This document shows, piece after piece, positions 36,201 to 51,200 of a DNA stretch of 64,000 bases. Location of the stretch: positions 124,001 to 188,000 of the forward strand of contig OZ024742.1 in the NCBI GenBank assembly GCA_964016885.1. The letters are read 5' to 3'. Under the pieces are notes generated by a model. The model made no database searches, was not told the DNA's origin, and saw only the letters and a list, made by a program, of their open reading frames with translations. Source of the DNA: Eledone cirrhosa. Taxonomy: Eukaryota. Numbering within the stretch: position 1 is the stretch's first letter; the number at the start of each line of letters is the position of its first letter. A program made the position numbers and the translations under genes.

Positions 36201-39200
36201 GCTGTGGTCTGGTAGCCACCCACATGGTGGTCAGTCTGCTGCGGTCTGTTAGCCACCGACATGGTGGTCACTCAGCTGTGGTCTGGTAGCCACCAACATG
36301 GTGGTCAGTCAGCTGTGGTCTGGTAGCCACCGACATGGTGGTCAGTCAGCTGTGGTCTGGTAGCCACCGTCATGGTGGTCAGTCGGCTGTGGTCTGGTAG
36401 CCACCGACATGGTGGTCAGTCCGCTGTGGTCTGGTAGCCACCGACATGGTCAGTCAGCTGTGATCTGGTAGCCACCAACATGGTGGTCAGTCCGCTGTGG
36501 TCTGGTAGCCACCGACATGGTGGTCAGTCAGCTGTGGTCTGGTAGCCACCAACATGGTCAGTCAGCTTTGGTCTGGTAGCCACCAACATGGTCAGTCAGC
36601 TGTGGTCTGGTAGCCACCAACATGGTGGTCAGTCAGCTGTGGTCTGGTAGCCACCAAGAAGGTGGTCAGTCAGCTGTGGTCTGGTAGCCACCAAGAAGGT
36701 GTTCAGTCAGCAGTGGTCTGGTAGCCACCAAGAAGGTGGTCAGTCAGCTGTGGTCTGGTAGCCACCGACATGGTGGTAAGTCAGCTGTGGTCGGGTAGCC
36801 ACCGACATGGTGGTCAGTCAGCTGTGGTCTGGTAGCCACCGACATGGTGGTCAGTCAGCTGTGGTCTGGTAGCCACCGACATGGTGGTCAGTCAGCTGTG
36901 GTCTGGTAGCCACCAACATGGTGGTAAGTCAGCTGTGGTCTGGTAGCCACCGACATGGTGGTCAGTCAGCTGTGGTCTGGTAGCCACCGACATGGTGGTC
37001 AGTCAGCTGTGGTCTGGTAGCCACCAACGTGGTGGTCAGTCAGCTGTGGTCTGGTAGCCACCAACATGGTGGTCAGTCAGCTGTGGTCTGGTAGCCACCA
37101 ACATGGTGGTCAGTCAGCTGTGGTCTGGTAGCCACCGACATGGTGGTCAGCTGTGATCTGGTAGCCACCAACATGGTGGTCAGTCAGCTGTGGGCTGGTA
37201 GCCACCAACATGGTCAGTCAGCTGTGGTCTGGTAGCCACCGACATGGTGGTCAGCTGTGATCTGGTAGCCACCAACATGGTGGTCAGTCAGCTGTGGGCT
37301 GGTAGCCACCAACATGGTCAGTCAGCTGTGGTCTGGTAGCCACCGACATGGTGGTCAGCTGTGATCTGGTAGCCACCAACATGGTGGTCAGTCAGCTGTG
37401 GTCAGGTAGCCACCGACATGGTGGTCAGTCAGCTGTGGTCTGGTAGCCACCGACATGGTGGTCAGTCAGCTGTGGTCTGGTAGCCACCGACATGGTGGTC
37501 AGTCAGCTGTGGGCTGGTAGCCACCAACATGGTCAGTCAGCAGTGGTCTGGTAGCCACCGACATGGTGGTCAGCTGTGATCTGGTAGCCACCGACATGGT
37601 GGTCAGTCCGCTGTGGTCTGGTAGCCACCGACATGGTGATCAGTCAGCTGTGGTCTGGTAGCCACCAACATGGTGGTCAGTCAGCTGTGGTCTGGTAGCC
37701 ACCAAGAAGGTGGTCAGTCAGCTGTGGTCTGGTAGCCACCGACATGGTGGTCAGTCAGCTGTGGTCTGGTAGCCACCAACATGGTGGTCAGTCAGCTGTG
37801 GTCTGGTAGCCACCGACATGGTGGTCAGTCAGCTGTGGTCTGGTAGCCACCGACATGGTGGTCAGTCAGCTGTGGTCTGGTAGCCACCGACATGGTGGTC
37901 AGTCAGCTGTGGTCTGGTAGCCACCAACATGGTGGTCAGTCAGCTGTGGTCTGGTAGCCACCGACATGGTGGTCAGTCAGCTGTGGTCTGGCAGCCACCG
38001 ACATGGTGGTAAGTCAGCAGTGGTCTGGTAGCCACCGACATGGTGGTCAGTCAGCTGTGGTTTGGTAGCCACCGACATGGTGGTCAGTCAGCTGTGGTCT
38101 GGTAGCCACCAACATGGTGGTCAGTCAGCTGTGGTCTGGTAGCCACCAACATGGTGGTCAGTCTGCTGTGGTCTGGTAGCCACCAACATGGTGGTCAGTC
38201 AGCTGTGGTCTGGTAGCCACCAACATGGTGGTCAGTCTGCTGTGGTTTGGTAGCCACCGACATGGAGGTCAGTCAGCTGTGGTCTGGTAGCCACCAACAT
38301 GGTGGTCAGTCAGCTGTGGTCTGGTAGCCACCAACATGGTGGTCAGTCAGCTGTGGTCTGGTAGCCACCAACATGGTGGTCAGTCAGCTGTGGTTTGGTA
38401 GCCACCGACATGGTGGTCAGTCAGCTGTGGTCTGGTAGCCACCGACATGGTGGTCAGTCAGCTGTGGTCTGGTAGCCACCAACATGGTGGTCAGTCAGCT
38501 GTGGTTTGGTAGCCACCAACATGGTGGTCAGTCAGCTGTGGTTTGGTAGCCACCGACATGGTGGTCAGTCAGCTGTGGTCTGGTAGCCACCGACATGGTG
38601 GTCAGTCAGCTGTGGTCTGGTAGCCACCGACATGGTGGTCAGTCAGCTGTGGTCTGGTAGCCACCGACATGGTGGTCAGTCAGCTGTGGTCTGGTAGCCA
38701 CCAAGAAGGTGGTCAGTCAGCTGTGGTCTGGTAGCCACCGACATGGTGGTCAGTCAGCTGTGGTCTGGTAGCCACCAACATGGTGGTCAGTCAGCTGTGG
38801 TCTGGTAGCCACCAAGAAGGTGGTCAGTCTGCTGTGGTCTGGTAGCCACCAAGAAGGTGGTCAGTCAGCTGTGGTCTGGTAGCCACCAAGAAGGTGGTCA
38901 GTCAGCTGTGGTCTGGTAGCCACCGACATGGTGGTCAGTCAGCTGTGGTCTGGTAGCCACCAACATGGTGGTCAGTCAGCTGTGGTCTGGTAGCCACCAA
39001 GAAGGTGGTCAGTCTGCTGTGGTCTGGTAGCCACCAAGAAGGTGGTCAGTCAGCTGTGGTCTGGTAGCCACCGACATGGTGGTCAGTCAGCTGTGGTCTG
39101 GTAGCCACCAAGAAGGTGGTCAGTCAGCTGTGGTCTGGTAGCCACCGACATGGTGGTCAGTCTGCTGTGGTCTGGTAGCCACCGACATGGTGGTCAGTCA

Positions 39201-42200
39201 GCTGTGGTCTGGTAGCCACCAAGAAGGTGGTCAGTCAGCTGTGGTCTGGTAGCCACCGACATGGTGGTCAGTCAGCTGTGGTCTGGTAGCCACCAAGAAG
39301 GTGGTCAGTCAGCTGTGGTCTGGTAGCCACCAAGAAGGTGGTCAGTCAGCTGTGGTCTGGTAGGCACCAACATGGTGGTCAGTCTGCTGTGGTCTGGTAG
39401 CCACCAAGAAGGTGGTCAGTCAGCTGTGGTCTGGTAGGCACCAACATGGTGGTCAGTCAGCTGTGGTCTGGTAGCCACCGACATGGTGGTCAGTCAGCTG
39501 TGGTCTGGTAGCCACCGACATGGTGGTCAGTCAGCTGTGGTCTGGTAGCCACCAAGAAGGTGGTCAGTCTGCTGTGGTCTGGTAGCCACCAAGAAGGTGG
39601 TCAGTCAGCTGTGGTCTGGTAGCCACCAAGAAGGTGGTCAGTCAGCTGTGGTCTGGTAGCCACCGACATGGTGGTCAGTCAGCTGTGGTCTGGTAGCCAC
39701 CAAGAAGGTGGTCAGTCAGCTGTGGTCTGGTAGCCACCGACATGGTGGTCAGTCAGCTGTGGTCTGGTAGCCACCAAGAAGGTGGTCAGTCAGCTGTGGT
39801 CTGGTAGCCACCGACATGGTGGTCAGTCTGCTGTGGTCTGGTAGCCACCAAGAAGGTGGTCAGTCAGCTGTGGTCTGGTAGCCACCGACATGGTGGTCAG
39901 TCAGCTGTGGTCTGGTAGCCACCAAGAAGGTGGTCAGTCAGCTGTGGTCTGGTAGCCACCAAGAAGGTGGTCAGTCAGTTGTGGTCTGGTAGGCACCAAC
40001 ATGGTGGTCAGTCAGCTGTGGTCTGGTAGCCACCAAGAAGGTGGTCAGTCTGCTGTGGTCTGGTAGCCACCAAGAAGGTGGTCAGTCAGCTGTGGTCTGG
40101 TAGGCACCAACATGGTGGTCAGTCAGCTGTGGTCTGGTAGCCACCGACATGGTGGTCAGTCAGCTGTGGTCTGGTAGCCACCGACATGGTGGTCAGTCAG
40201 CTGTGGTCTGGTAGCCACCAACATGGTGGTCAGTCAGCTGTGGTCTAGTAGCCACCAAGAAGGTGGTCAGTCAGCTGTGGTCTGGTAGCCACCAAGAAGG
40301 TGGTCAGTCAGCTGTGGTCTGGTAGCCACCAAGAAGGTGGTCAGTCAGCTGTGGTCTGGTAGGCACCAACATGGTGGTCAGTCAGCTGTGGTCTGGTAGC
40401 CACCAAGAAGGTGGTCAGTCAGCTGTGGTCTGGTAGCCACCAAGAAGGTGGTCAGTCAGCTGTGGTCTGGTAGCCACCGACATGGTGGTCAGTCAGCTGT
40501 GGTCTGGTAGCCACCAAGAAGGTGGTCAGTCAGCTGTGGTCTGGTAGCCACCAAGAAGGTGGTCAGTCAGCTGTGGTCTGGTAGCCACCGACATGGTGGT
40601 CAGTCAGCTGTGGTCTGGTAGCCACCAACATGGTGGTCAGTCAGCTGTGGTCTGGTAGCCACCAAGAAGGTGGTCAGTCAGCTGTGGTCTGGTAGCCACC
40701 AAGAAGGTGGTCAGTCAGCTGTGGTCTGGTAGGCACCAACATGGTGGTCAGTCAGCTGTGGTCTGGTAGCCACCAAGAAGGTGGTCAGTCAGCTGTCGTC
40801 TGGTAGCCACCAAGAAGGTGGTCAGTCTGCTGTGGTCTGGTAGCCACCAAGAAGGTGGTCAGTCAGCTGTGGTCTGGTAGGCACCAACATGGTGGTCAGT
40901 CAGCTGTGGTCTGGTAGCCACCAAGAAGGTGGTCAGTCAGCTGTGGTCTGGTAGCCACCGACATGGTGGTCAGTCAGCTGTGGTCTGGTAGCCACCGACA
41001 TGGTGGTCAGTCAGCTGTGGTCTGGTAGCCACCGACATGGTGGTCAGTCTGCTGTGGTCTGGTAGCCACCGACATGGTGGTCAGTCTGCTGTGGTCTGGT
41101 AGCCACCGACATGGTGGTCAGTCAGCTGTGGTCTGGTAGCCACCGACATGGTGGTCAGTCAGCTGTGGTCTGGTAGACACCAAGAAGGTGGTCAGTCAGC
41201 TGTGGTCTGGTAGCCACCAAGAAGGTGGTCAGTCAGCTGTGGTCTGGTAGCCACCGACATGGTGGTCAGTCTGCTGCGGTCTGGTAGCCACCAAGAAGGT
41301 GGTCAATCTGCTGTGGTCTGGTAGCCACCGACATGGTGGTCAGTCAGCTGTGGTCTGGTAGCCACCAAGAAGGTGGTCAGTCAGCTGTGGTCTGGTAGCC
41401 ACCAAGAAGGTGGTCAGTCTGCTGTGGTCTGGTAGCCACCGACATGGTGGTCAGTCTGCTGTGGTCTGGTAGCCACCGACATGGTGGTCAGTCAGCTGTG
41501 GTCTGGTAGCCACCGACATGGTGGTCAGTCTGCTGTGGTCTGGTAGCCACCGACATGGTGGTCAGTCAGCTGTGGTCTGGTAGCCACCGACATGGTGGTC
41601 AGTCAGCTGTGGTCTGGTAGCCACCAACATGGTGGTCAGTCAGCTGTGGTCTGGTAGCCACCGACATGGTGGTCAGTCTGCTGTGGTCTGGTAGCCACCA
41701 ACATGGTGGTCAGTCAGCTGTGGTCTGGTAGCCACCGACATGGTGGTCAGTCAGCTGTGGTCTGGTAGCCACCAAGAAGGTGGTCAGTCAGCTGTGGTCT
41801 GGTAGCCACCGACATGGTGGTCAGTGTGCTGTGGTCTGGTAGCCACCGACATGGTGGTCAGTCTGCTGTGGTCTGGTAGCCACCAAGAAGGTGGTCAGTC
41901 AGCTGTGGTCTGGTAGCCACCGACATGGTGGTCAGTCTGCTGTGGTCTGGTAGCCACCGACATGGTGGTCAGTCTGCTGTGGTCTGGTAGCCACCAAGAA
42001 GGTGGTCAGTCTGCTGTGGTCTGGTAGCCACCAACAAGGTGGTCAGTCAGCTGTGGTCTGGTAGCCACCGACATGGTGGTCAGTCTGCTGTGGTCTGGTA
42101 GCCACCGACATGGTGGTCAGTCTGCTGTGGTCTGGTAGCCACCAAGAAGGTGGTCAGTCTGCTGTGGTCTGGTAGTCACCAACAAGGTGGTCAGTCAGCT

Positions 42201-45200
42201 GTGGTCTGGTAGCCACCGACATGGTGGTCAGTCTGCTGTGGTCTGGTAGCCACCAAGAAGGTGGTCAGTCTGCTGTGGTCTGGTAGCCACCAACAAGGTG
42301 GTCAGTCAGCTGTGGTCTGGTAGCCACCAAGAAGGTGGTCAGTCAGCTGTGGTCTGGTAGCCACCGACATGGTGGTCAGTCAGCTGTGGTCTGGTAGCCA
42401 CCGACATGGTGGTCAGTCAGCTGTGGTCTGGTAGCCACCGACATGGTGGTCAGTCTGCTGTGGTCTGGTAGCCACCGACATGGTGGTCAGTCTGCTGTGG
42501 TCTGGTAGCCACCAAGATGGTCAGTCTGCTGTGGTCTGGTAGACACCAACAAGGTGGTCAGTCAGCTGTGGTCTGGTAGCCACCGACATGGTGGTCAGTC
42601 AGCTGTGGTCTGGTAGCCACCGACATGGTGGTCAGTCAGCTGTGGTCTGGTAGCCACCGACATGGTGGTCAGTCAGCTGTGGTCTGGTAGCCACCGACAT
42701 GGTGGTCAGTCTGCTGTGGTCTGGTAGCCACCAAGAAGGTGGTCAGTCAGCTGTGGTCTGGTAGCCACCGACATGGTGGTCAGTCAGCTGTGGTCTGGTA
42801 GCCACCGCATGGTGGTCAGTCAGCTGTGGTCTGGTAGCCACCAACATGGTGGTCAGTCAGCTGTGGTCTGGTAGCCACCAACATGGTGGTCAGTCAGCTG
42901 TGGTCTGGTAGCCACCAACATGGTGGTCAGTCAGCTGTGGTCTGGTAGCCACCGACATGGTGGTCAGTCAGCTGTGGTCTGGTAGCCACCGACATGATGG
43001 TCAGTCTGCTGTGGTCTGGTAGCCACCAACATGGTGGTCAGTCAGCTGTGGTCTGGTAGCCACCAACATGGTGGTCAGTCAGCTGTGGTCTGGTAGCCAC
43101 CGATATGGTGGTCAGTCAGCTGTGGTCTGGTAACCACCAAGAAGGTGGTCAGTCAGCTCTGGTCTGGTAGCCACCGACATGGTGGTCAGTCAGCTGTGGT
43201 CTGGTAGCCACCGACATGGTGGTCAGTCAGCTGTGGTCTGGTAGCCACCAAGAAGGTGGTCAGTCAGCTGTGGTCTGGTAGCCACCGACATGGTGGTCAG
43301 TCAGCTGTGGTCTGGTAACCACCAAGAAGGTGGTCAGTCAGCTGTGGTCTGGTAGCCACCGACATGGTGGTCAGTCAGCTGTGGTCTGGTAGCCACCAAG
43401 AAGGTGGTCAGTCTGCTGTGGTCTGGTAGCCACCGACATGGTGGTCAGTCAGCTGTGGTCTGGTAGCCACCAAGAAGGTGGTCAGTCAGCTGTGGTCTGG
43501 TAGCCACCGACATGGTGGTCAGTCAGCTGTGGTCTGGTAGCTACCAAGAAGGTGGTCAGTCAGCTGTGGTCTGGTAGCCACCGACATGGTGGTCAGTCAG
43601 CTTTGGTCTGGTAGCCACCAAGAAGGTGGTCAGTCTGCTGTGGTCTGGTAGCCACCGACATGGTGGTCAGTCAGCTGTGGTCTGGTAGCCACCAAGAAGG
43701 TGGTCAGTCTGCTGTGGTCTGGTAGCCACCAAGAAGGTGGTCAGTCAGCTGTGGTCTGGTAGCCACCGACATGGTGGTCAGTCAGCTGTGGTCTGGTAAC
43801 CACCAAGAAGGTGGTCAGTCAGCTGTGGTCTGGTAGCCACCGACATGGTGGTCAGTCAGCTGTGGTCTGGTAGCCACCAAGAAGGTGGTCAGTCAGCTGT
43901 GGTCTGGTAGCCACCGACATGGTGGTCAGTCAGCTGTGGTCTGGTAGCCACCGACATGGTGGTCAGTCTGCTGTGGTCTGGTAGCCACCAAGAAGGTGGT
44001 CAGTCTGCTGTGGTCTGGTAGCCACCAAGAAGGTGGTCAGTCAGCTGTGGTCTGGTAGCCACCGACATGGTGGTCAGTCAGCTGTGGTCTGGTAGCCACC
44101 GACATGGTGGTCAGTCTGCTGTGGTCTGGTAGCCACCAACAAGGTGGTCAGTCAGCTGTGGTCTGGTAGCCACCGACATGGTGGTCAGTCAGCTGTGGTC
44201 TGGTAGCCACCGACATGGTGGTCAGTCAGCTGTGGTCTGGTAGCCACCGACATGGTGGTCAGTCAGCTGTGGTCTGGTAGCCACCGACATGGTGGTCAGT
44301 CTGCTGTGGTCTGGTAGCCACCAAGAAGGTGGTCAGTCAGCTGTGGTCTGGTAGCCACCGACATGGTGGTCAGTCAGCTGTGGTCTGGTAGCCACCGACA
44401 TGGTGGTCAGTCTGCTGTGGTCTGGTAGCCACCAACAAGGTGGTCAGTCAGCTGTGGTCTGGTAGCCACCGACATGGTGGTCAGTCAGCTGTGGTCTGGT
44501 AGCCACCGACATGGTGGTCAGTCTGCTGTGGTCTGGTAGCCACCAAGAAGGTGGTCAGTCAGCTGTGGTCTTGTAGACACCGACATGGTGGTCAGTCAGC
44601 TGTGGTCTGGTAGCCACCGACATGGTGGTCAGTCAGCTGTGGTCTGTTAGCCACCGACATGGTGGTCAGTCTGCTGTGGTCTGGTAGCCACCAAGAAGGT
44701 GGTCAGTCTGCTGTGGTCTGGTAGCCACCAAGAAGGTGGTCAGTCAGCTGTGGTCTGGTAGCCACCGACATGGTGTTCAGTCAGCTGTGGTCTGGTAGCC
44801 ACCAAGAAGGTGGTCAGTCAGCTGTGGTCTGGTAGCCACCAAGAAGGTGGTCAGTCAGCTGTGGTCTGGTAGCCACCGACATGGTGGTCAGTCAGCTGTG
44901 GTCTGGTAGCCACCGACATGGTGGTCATTCAGCTGTGGTCTGGTAGCCACCAAGAAGGTGGTCAGTCAGCTGTGGTCTGGTAGCCACCAAGAAGGTGGTC
45001 AGTCAGCTGTGGTCTGGTAGCCACCGACATGGTGGTCAGTCAGCTGTGGTCTGGTAGCCACCGACATGGTGGTCAGTCAGCTGTGGTCTGGTAGCCACCG
45101 ACATGGTGGTCAGTCTGCTGTGGTCTGGTAGCCACCGACATAGTGGTCAGTCAGCAGTTGTCTGGTAGCCACCGACATGGTGGTCAGTCTGCTGTGGTCT

Positions 45201-48200
45201 GGTAGCCACCGACATGGTGGTCAGTCAGCTGTGGTCTGGTAGCCACCGACATGGTGGTCAGTCAGCTGTGGTCTGGTAGCCACCAACATGGTGGTCAGTC
45301 AGCTGTGGTCTGGTAGCCACCAACATGGTGGTCAGTCAGCTGTGGTCTGGTAGCCACCGACATGGTGGTCAGTCTGCTGTGGTCTGGTAGCCACCGACAT
45401 GGTGGTCAGTCTGCTGTGGTCTGGTAGCCACCAACAAGGTGGTCAGTCAGCTGTGGTCTGGTAGCCACCAAGAAGGTGGTCAGTCAGCTGTGGTCTGGTA
45501 GCCACCGACATGGTGGTCAGTCAGCTGTGGTCTGGTAGCCACCGACATGGTGGTCAGTCAGCTGTGGTCTGGTAGCCACCAACATGGTGGTCAGTCAGCT
45601 GTGGTCTGGTAGCCACCAAGAAGGTGGTCAGTCAGCTGTGGTCTGGTAGCCACCAAGAAGGTGGTCAGTCAGCTGTGGTCTGGTAGCCACCAACATGGTG
45701 GTCAGTCAGCTGTGGTCTGGTAGCCACCAAGAAGGTGGTCAGTCAGCTGTGGTCTGGTAGCCACCGACATGGTGGTCGGTCAGCTGTGGTCTGGTAGCCA
45801 CCAAGAAGGTGGTCAGTCAGCTGTGGTCTGGTAGCCACCAAGAAGGTGGTCAGTCAGCTGTGGTCTGGTAGCCACCAACATGGTGGTCAGTCAGCTGTGG
45901 TCTGGTAGCCACCAAGAAGGTGGTCAGTCAGCTGTGGTCTGGTAGCCACCGACATGGTGGTCAGTCAGCTGTGGTCTGGTAGCCACCGACATGGTGGTCA
46001 GTCAGCTGTGGTCTGGTAGCCACCGACATGGTGGTCAGTCAGCTGTGGTCTGGTAGCCACCAAGAAGGTGGTCAGTCAGCTGTGGTCTGGTAGCCACCAA
46101 GAAGGTGGTCAGTCAGCTGTGGTCTGGTAGCCACCAAGAAGGTGGTCAGTCAGCTGTGGTCTGGTAGCCACCAACATGGTGGTCAGTCAGCTGTGGTCTG
46201 GTAGCCACCAAGAAGGTGGTCAGTCAGCTGTGGTCTGGTAGCCACCAAGAAGGTGGTCAGTCAGCTGTGGTCTGGTAGCCACCAACATGGTGGTCAGTCA
46301 GCTGTGGTCTGGTAGCCACCAACATGGTGGTCAGTCAGCTGTGGTCTGGTAGCCACCAACAAGGTGGTCAGTCAGCTGTTGGCTGGTAGCCACCGACATG
46401 GTGGTCAGTCAGCTGTGGTCTGGTAGCCACCGACATGGTGGTCAGTCAGCTGTGGTCTGGTAGCCACCAAGAAGGTGGTCAGTCAGCTGTGGTCTGTTAG
46501 CCACCAACATGGTGGTCAGTCAGCTGTGGTCTGGTAGCCACCAACATGGTGGTCAGTCAGCTGTGGTCTGGTAGCCACCAAGAAGGTGGTCAGTCAGCTG
46601 TGGTCTGGTAGCCACCAAGAAGGTGGTCAGTCAGCTGTGGTCTGGTAGCCACCGACATGGTGGTCAGTCAGCTGTGGTCTGGTAGCCACCGACATGGTGG
46701 TCAGTCAGCTGTGGTCTGGTAGCCACCAAGAAGGTGGTCAGTCAGCTGTGGTCTGGTAGCCACCAAGAAGGTGGTCAGTCAGCTGTGGTCTGGTAGCCAC
46801 CAACATGGTGGTCAGTCAGCTGTGGTCTGGTAGCCACCAACATGGTGGTCAGTCAGCTGTGGTCTGGTAGCCACCAACAAGGTGGTCAGTCAGCTGTGGG
46901 CTGGTAGCCACCGACATGGTGGTCAGTCAGCTGTGGTCTGGTAGCCACCGACATGGTGGTCAGTCAGCTGTGGTCTGGTAGCCACCAAGAAGGTGGTCAG
47001 TCAGCTGTGGTCTGTTAGCCACCAACATGGTGGTCAGTCAGCTGTGGTCTGGTAGCCACCAACATGGTGGTCAGTCAGCTGTGGTCTGGTAGCCACCAAG
47101 AAGGTGGTCAGTCAGCTGTGGTCTGGTAGCCACCAAGAAGGTGGTCAGTCAGCTGTGGTCTGGTAGCCACCAACATGGTGGTCAGTCAGCTGTGGTCTGG
47201 TAGCCACCAAGAAGGTGGTCAGTCAGCTGTGGTCTGGTAGCCACCGACATGGTGGTCAGTCAGCTGTGGTCTGGTAGCCACCGACATGGTGGTCAGTCAG
47301 CTGTGGTCTGGTAGCCACCGACATGGTGGTCAGTCAGCTGTGGTCTGGTAGCCACCAAGGTGGTCAGTCAGCTGTGGTCTGGTAGCCACCAAGAAGGTGG
47401 TCAGTCAGCTGTGGTCTGGTAGCCACCAAGAAGGTGGTCAGTCAGCTGTGGTCTGGTAGCCACCAACATGGTGGTCGGTCAGCTGTGGTCTGGTAGCCAC
47501 CAACAAGGTGGTCAGTCAGCTGTGGTCTGGTAGCCACCAAGAAGGTGGTCAGTCAGCTGTGGTCTGGTAGCCACCAACATGGTGGTCAGTCAGCTGTGGT
47601 CTGGTAGCCACCAACATGGTGGTCAGTCAGCTGTGGTCTGGTAGCCACCAACATGGTGGTCAGTCAGCTGTGGTCTGGTAGCCACCAAGAAGGTGGTCAG
47701 TCAGCTGTGGTCTGGTAGCCACCAACATGGTGGTCAGTCAGCTGTGGTCTGGTAGCCACCAACATGGTGGTCAGTCAGCTGTGGTCTGGTAGCCACCAAC
47801 ATGGTGGTCAGTCAGCTGTGGTCTGGTAGCCACCAACAAGGTGGTCAGTCTGCTGTGGTCTGGTAGCCACCAAGAAGGTGGTCAGTCAGCTGTGGTCTGG
47901 TAGCCACCAACAAGGTGGTCAGTCAGCTGTAGTCTGGTAGCCACCGACATGGTGGTCAGTCAGCTGTGGTCTGGTAGCCACCAACATGGTGGTCAGTCAG
48001 CTGTGGTCTGGTAGCCACCAACATGGTGGTCAGTCAGCTGTGGTCTGGTAGCCACCAAGAAGGTGGTCAGTCAGCTGTGGTCTGGTAGCCACCAACATGG
48101 TGGTCAGTCAGCTGTGGTCTGGTAGCCACCAACAAGGTGGTCAGTCAGCTGTGGTCTGGTAGCCACCGACATGGTGGTCAGTGAGCTGTGGTCTGGTAGC

Positions 48201-51200
48201 CACCAAGAAGGTGGTCAGTCAGCTGTGGTCTGGTAGCCACCAACATGGTGGTCAGTCAGCTGTGGTCTGGTAGCCACCAACATGGTGGTCAGTCAGCTGT
48301 GGTCTGGTAGCCACCAACAAGGTGGTCAGTCAGCTGTGGTCTGGTAGCCACCAACAAGGTGGTCAGTCAGCTGTGGTCTGGTAGCCACCAAGAAGGTGGT
48401 CAGTCAGCTGTGGTCTGGTAGCCACCGACATGGTGGTCAGTCAGCTGTGGTCTGGTAGCCACCAAGAAGGTGGTCAGTCTGCTGTGGTCTGGTAGCCACC
48501 AAGAAGGTGGTCAGTCAGCTGTGGTCTGGTAGCCACCGACATGGTGGTCAGTCAGCTGTGGTCTGGTAGCCACCAAGAAGGTGGTCAGTCTGCTGTGGTC
48601 TGGTAGCCACCAAGAAGGTGGTCAGTCAGCTGTGGTCTGGTAGCCACCAAGAAGGTGGTCAGTCAGCTGTGGTCTGGTAGCCACCGACATGGTGGTCAGT
48701 CAGCTGTGGTCTGGTAGCCACCAAGAAGGTGGTCAGTCAGCTGTGGTCTGGTAGCCACCAAGAAGGTGGTCAGTCAGCTGTGGTCTGGTAGCCACCAAGA
48801 AGGTGGTCAGTCAGCTCTGGTCTGGTAGCCACCGACATGGTGGTCAGTCAGCTGTGGTCTGGTAGCCACCAAGAAGGTGGTCAGTCAGCTGTGGTCTGGT
48901 AGCCACCAAGAAGGTGGTCAGTCAGCTGTGGTCTGGTAGCCACCAACATGGTGGTCAGTCAGCTGTGGTCTGGTAGCCACCAACATGGTGGTCAGTCTGC
49001 TGTGGTCTGGTAGCCACCAAGAAGGTGGTCAGTCAGCTGTGGTCTGGTAGCCACCAAGAAGGTGGTCAGTCAGCTGTGGTCTGGTAGACACCGACATGGT
49101 GGTCAGTCAGCTGTGGTCTGGTAGCCACCAACATGGTGGTCAGTCAGCTGTGGTCTGGTAGCCACCAACATGGTGGTCAGTCAGCTGTGGTCTGGTAGCC
49201 ACCAAGAAGGTGGTCAGTCAGCTGTGGTCTGGTAGCCACCAAGAAGGTGGTCAGTCAGCTGTGGTCTGGTAGCCACCAACATGGTGGTCAGTCAGCTGTG
49301 GTCTGGTAGCCACCAAGAAGGTGGTCAGTCAGCTGTGGTCTGGTAGCCACCAAGAAGGTGGTCAGTCAGCTGTGGTCTGGTAGCCACCAAGAAGGTGGTC
49401 AGTCAGCTGTGGTCTGGTAGCCACCAAGAAGGTGGTCAGTCAGCTGTGGTCTGGTAGACACCGACATGGTGGTCAGTCAGCTGTGGTCTGGTAGCCACCA
49501 ACATGGTGGTCAGTCAGCTGTGGTCTGGTAGCCACCAAGAAGGTGGTCAGTCAGCTGTGGTCTGGTAGCCACCAAGAAGGTGGTCAGTCAGCTGTGGTCT
49601 GGTAGCCACCAAGAAGGTGGTCAGTCAGCTGTGGTCTGGTAGACACCGACATGGTGGTCAGTCAGCTGTGGTCTGGTAGCCACCAACATGGTGGTCAGTC
49701 TGCTGTGGTCTGGTAGCCACCAAGAAGGTGGTCAGTCAGCTGTGGTCTGGTAGCCACCAAGAAGGTGGTCAGTCAGCTGTGGTCTGGTAGCCACCAAGAA
49801 GGTGGTCAGTCAGCTGTGGTCTGGTAGCCACCAAGATGGTGGTCAGTCAGCTGTGGTCTGGTAGCCACCAAGAAGGTGGTCAGTCAGCTGTGGTCTGGTA
49901 GCCACCGACATGGTGGTCAGTCAGCTGTGGTCTGGTAGCCACCGACATGGTGGTCAGTCAGCTGTGGTCTGGTAGCCACCAAGAAGGTGGTCAGTCAGCT
50001 GTGGTCTGGTAGACACCGACATGGTGGTCAGTCAGCTGTGGTCTGGTAGCCACCAACATGGTGGTCAGTCAGCTGTGGTCTGGTAGCCACCAAGAAGGTG
50101 GTCAGTCAGCTGTGGTCTGGTAGCCACCAAGAAGGTGGTCAGTCAGCTGTGGTCTGGTAGCCACCAAGAAGGTGGTCAGTCAGCTGTGGTCTGGTAGCCA
50201 CCAAGAAGGTGGTCAGTCAGCTGTGGTCTGGTAGCCACCGACATGGTGGTCAGTCAGCTGTGGTCTGGTAGCCACCGACATGGTGGTCAGTCAGCTGTGG
50301 TCTGGTAGCCACCAAGAAGGTGGTCAGTCAGCTGTGGTCTGGTAGCCACCAAGAAGGTGGTCAGTCAGCTGTGGTCTGGTAGCCACCAACATGGTGGTCA
50401 GTCAGCTGTGGTCTGGTAGCCACCGACATGGTGGTCAGTCAGCTGTGGTCTGGTAGCCACCGACATGGTGGTCAGTCAGCTGTGGTCTGGTAGCCACCAA
50501 GAAGGTGGTCAGTCAGCTGTGGTCTGGTAGCCACCAACATGGTGGTCAGTCAGCTGTGGTCTGGTAGCCACCAAGAAGGTGGTCAGTCAGCTGTGGTCTG
50601 GTAGCCACCAAGAAGGTGGTCAGTCAGCTGTGGTCTGGTAGCCACCAAGAAGGTGGTCAGTCAGCTGTGGTCTGGTAGCCACCAAGAAGGTGGTCAGTCA
50701 GCTGTGGTCTGGTAGCCACCGACATGGTGGTCAGTCAGCTGTGGTCTGGTAGCCACCGACATGGTGGTCAGTCAGCTGTGGTCTGGTAGCCACCAAGAAG
50801 GTGGTCAGTCAGCTGTGGTCTGGTAGCCACCGACATGGTGGTCAGTCAGCTGTGGTCTGGTAGCCACCAACATGGTGGTCAGTCAGCTGTGGTCTGGTAG
50901 CCACCAAGAAGGTGGTCAGTCAGCTGTGGTCTGGTAGCCACCAACATGGTGGTCAGTCAGCTGTGGTCTGGTAGCCACCGACATGGTGGTCAGTCAGCTG
51001 TGGTCTGGTAGCCACCAAGAAGGTGGTCAGTCAGCTGTGGTCTGGTAGCCACCGACATGGTGGTCAGTCAGCTGTGGTCTGGTAGCCACCAACATGGTGG
51101 TCAGTCTGCTGTGGTCTGGTAGCCACCAAGAAGGTGGTCAGTCAGCTGTGGTCTGGTAGCCACCAACATGGTGGTCAGTCAGCTGTGGTCTGGTAGCCAC

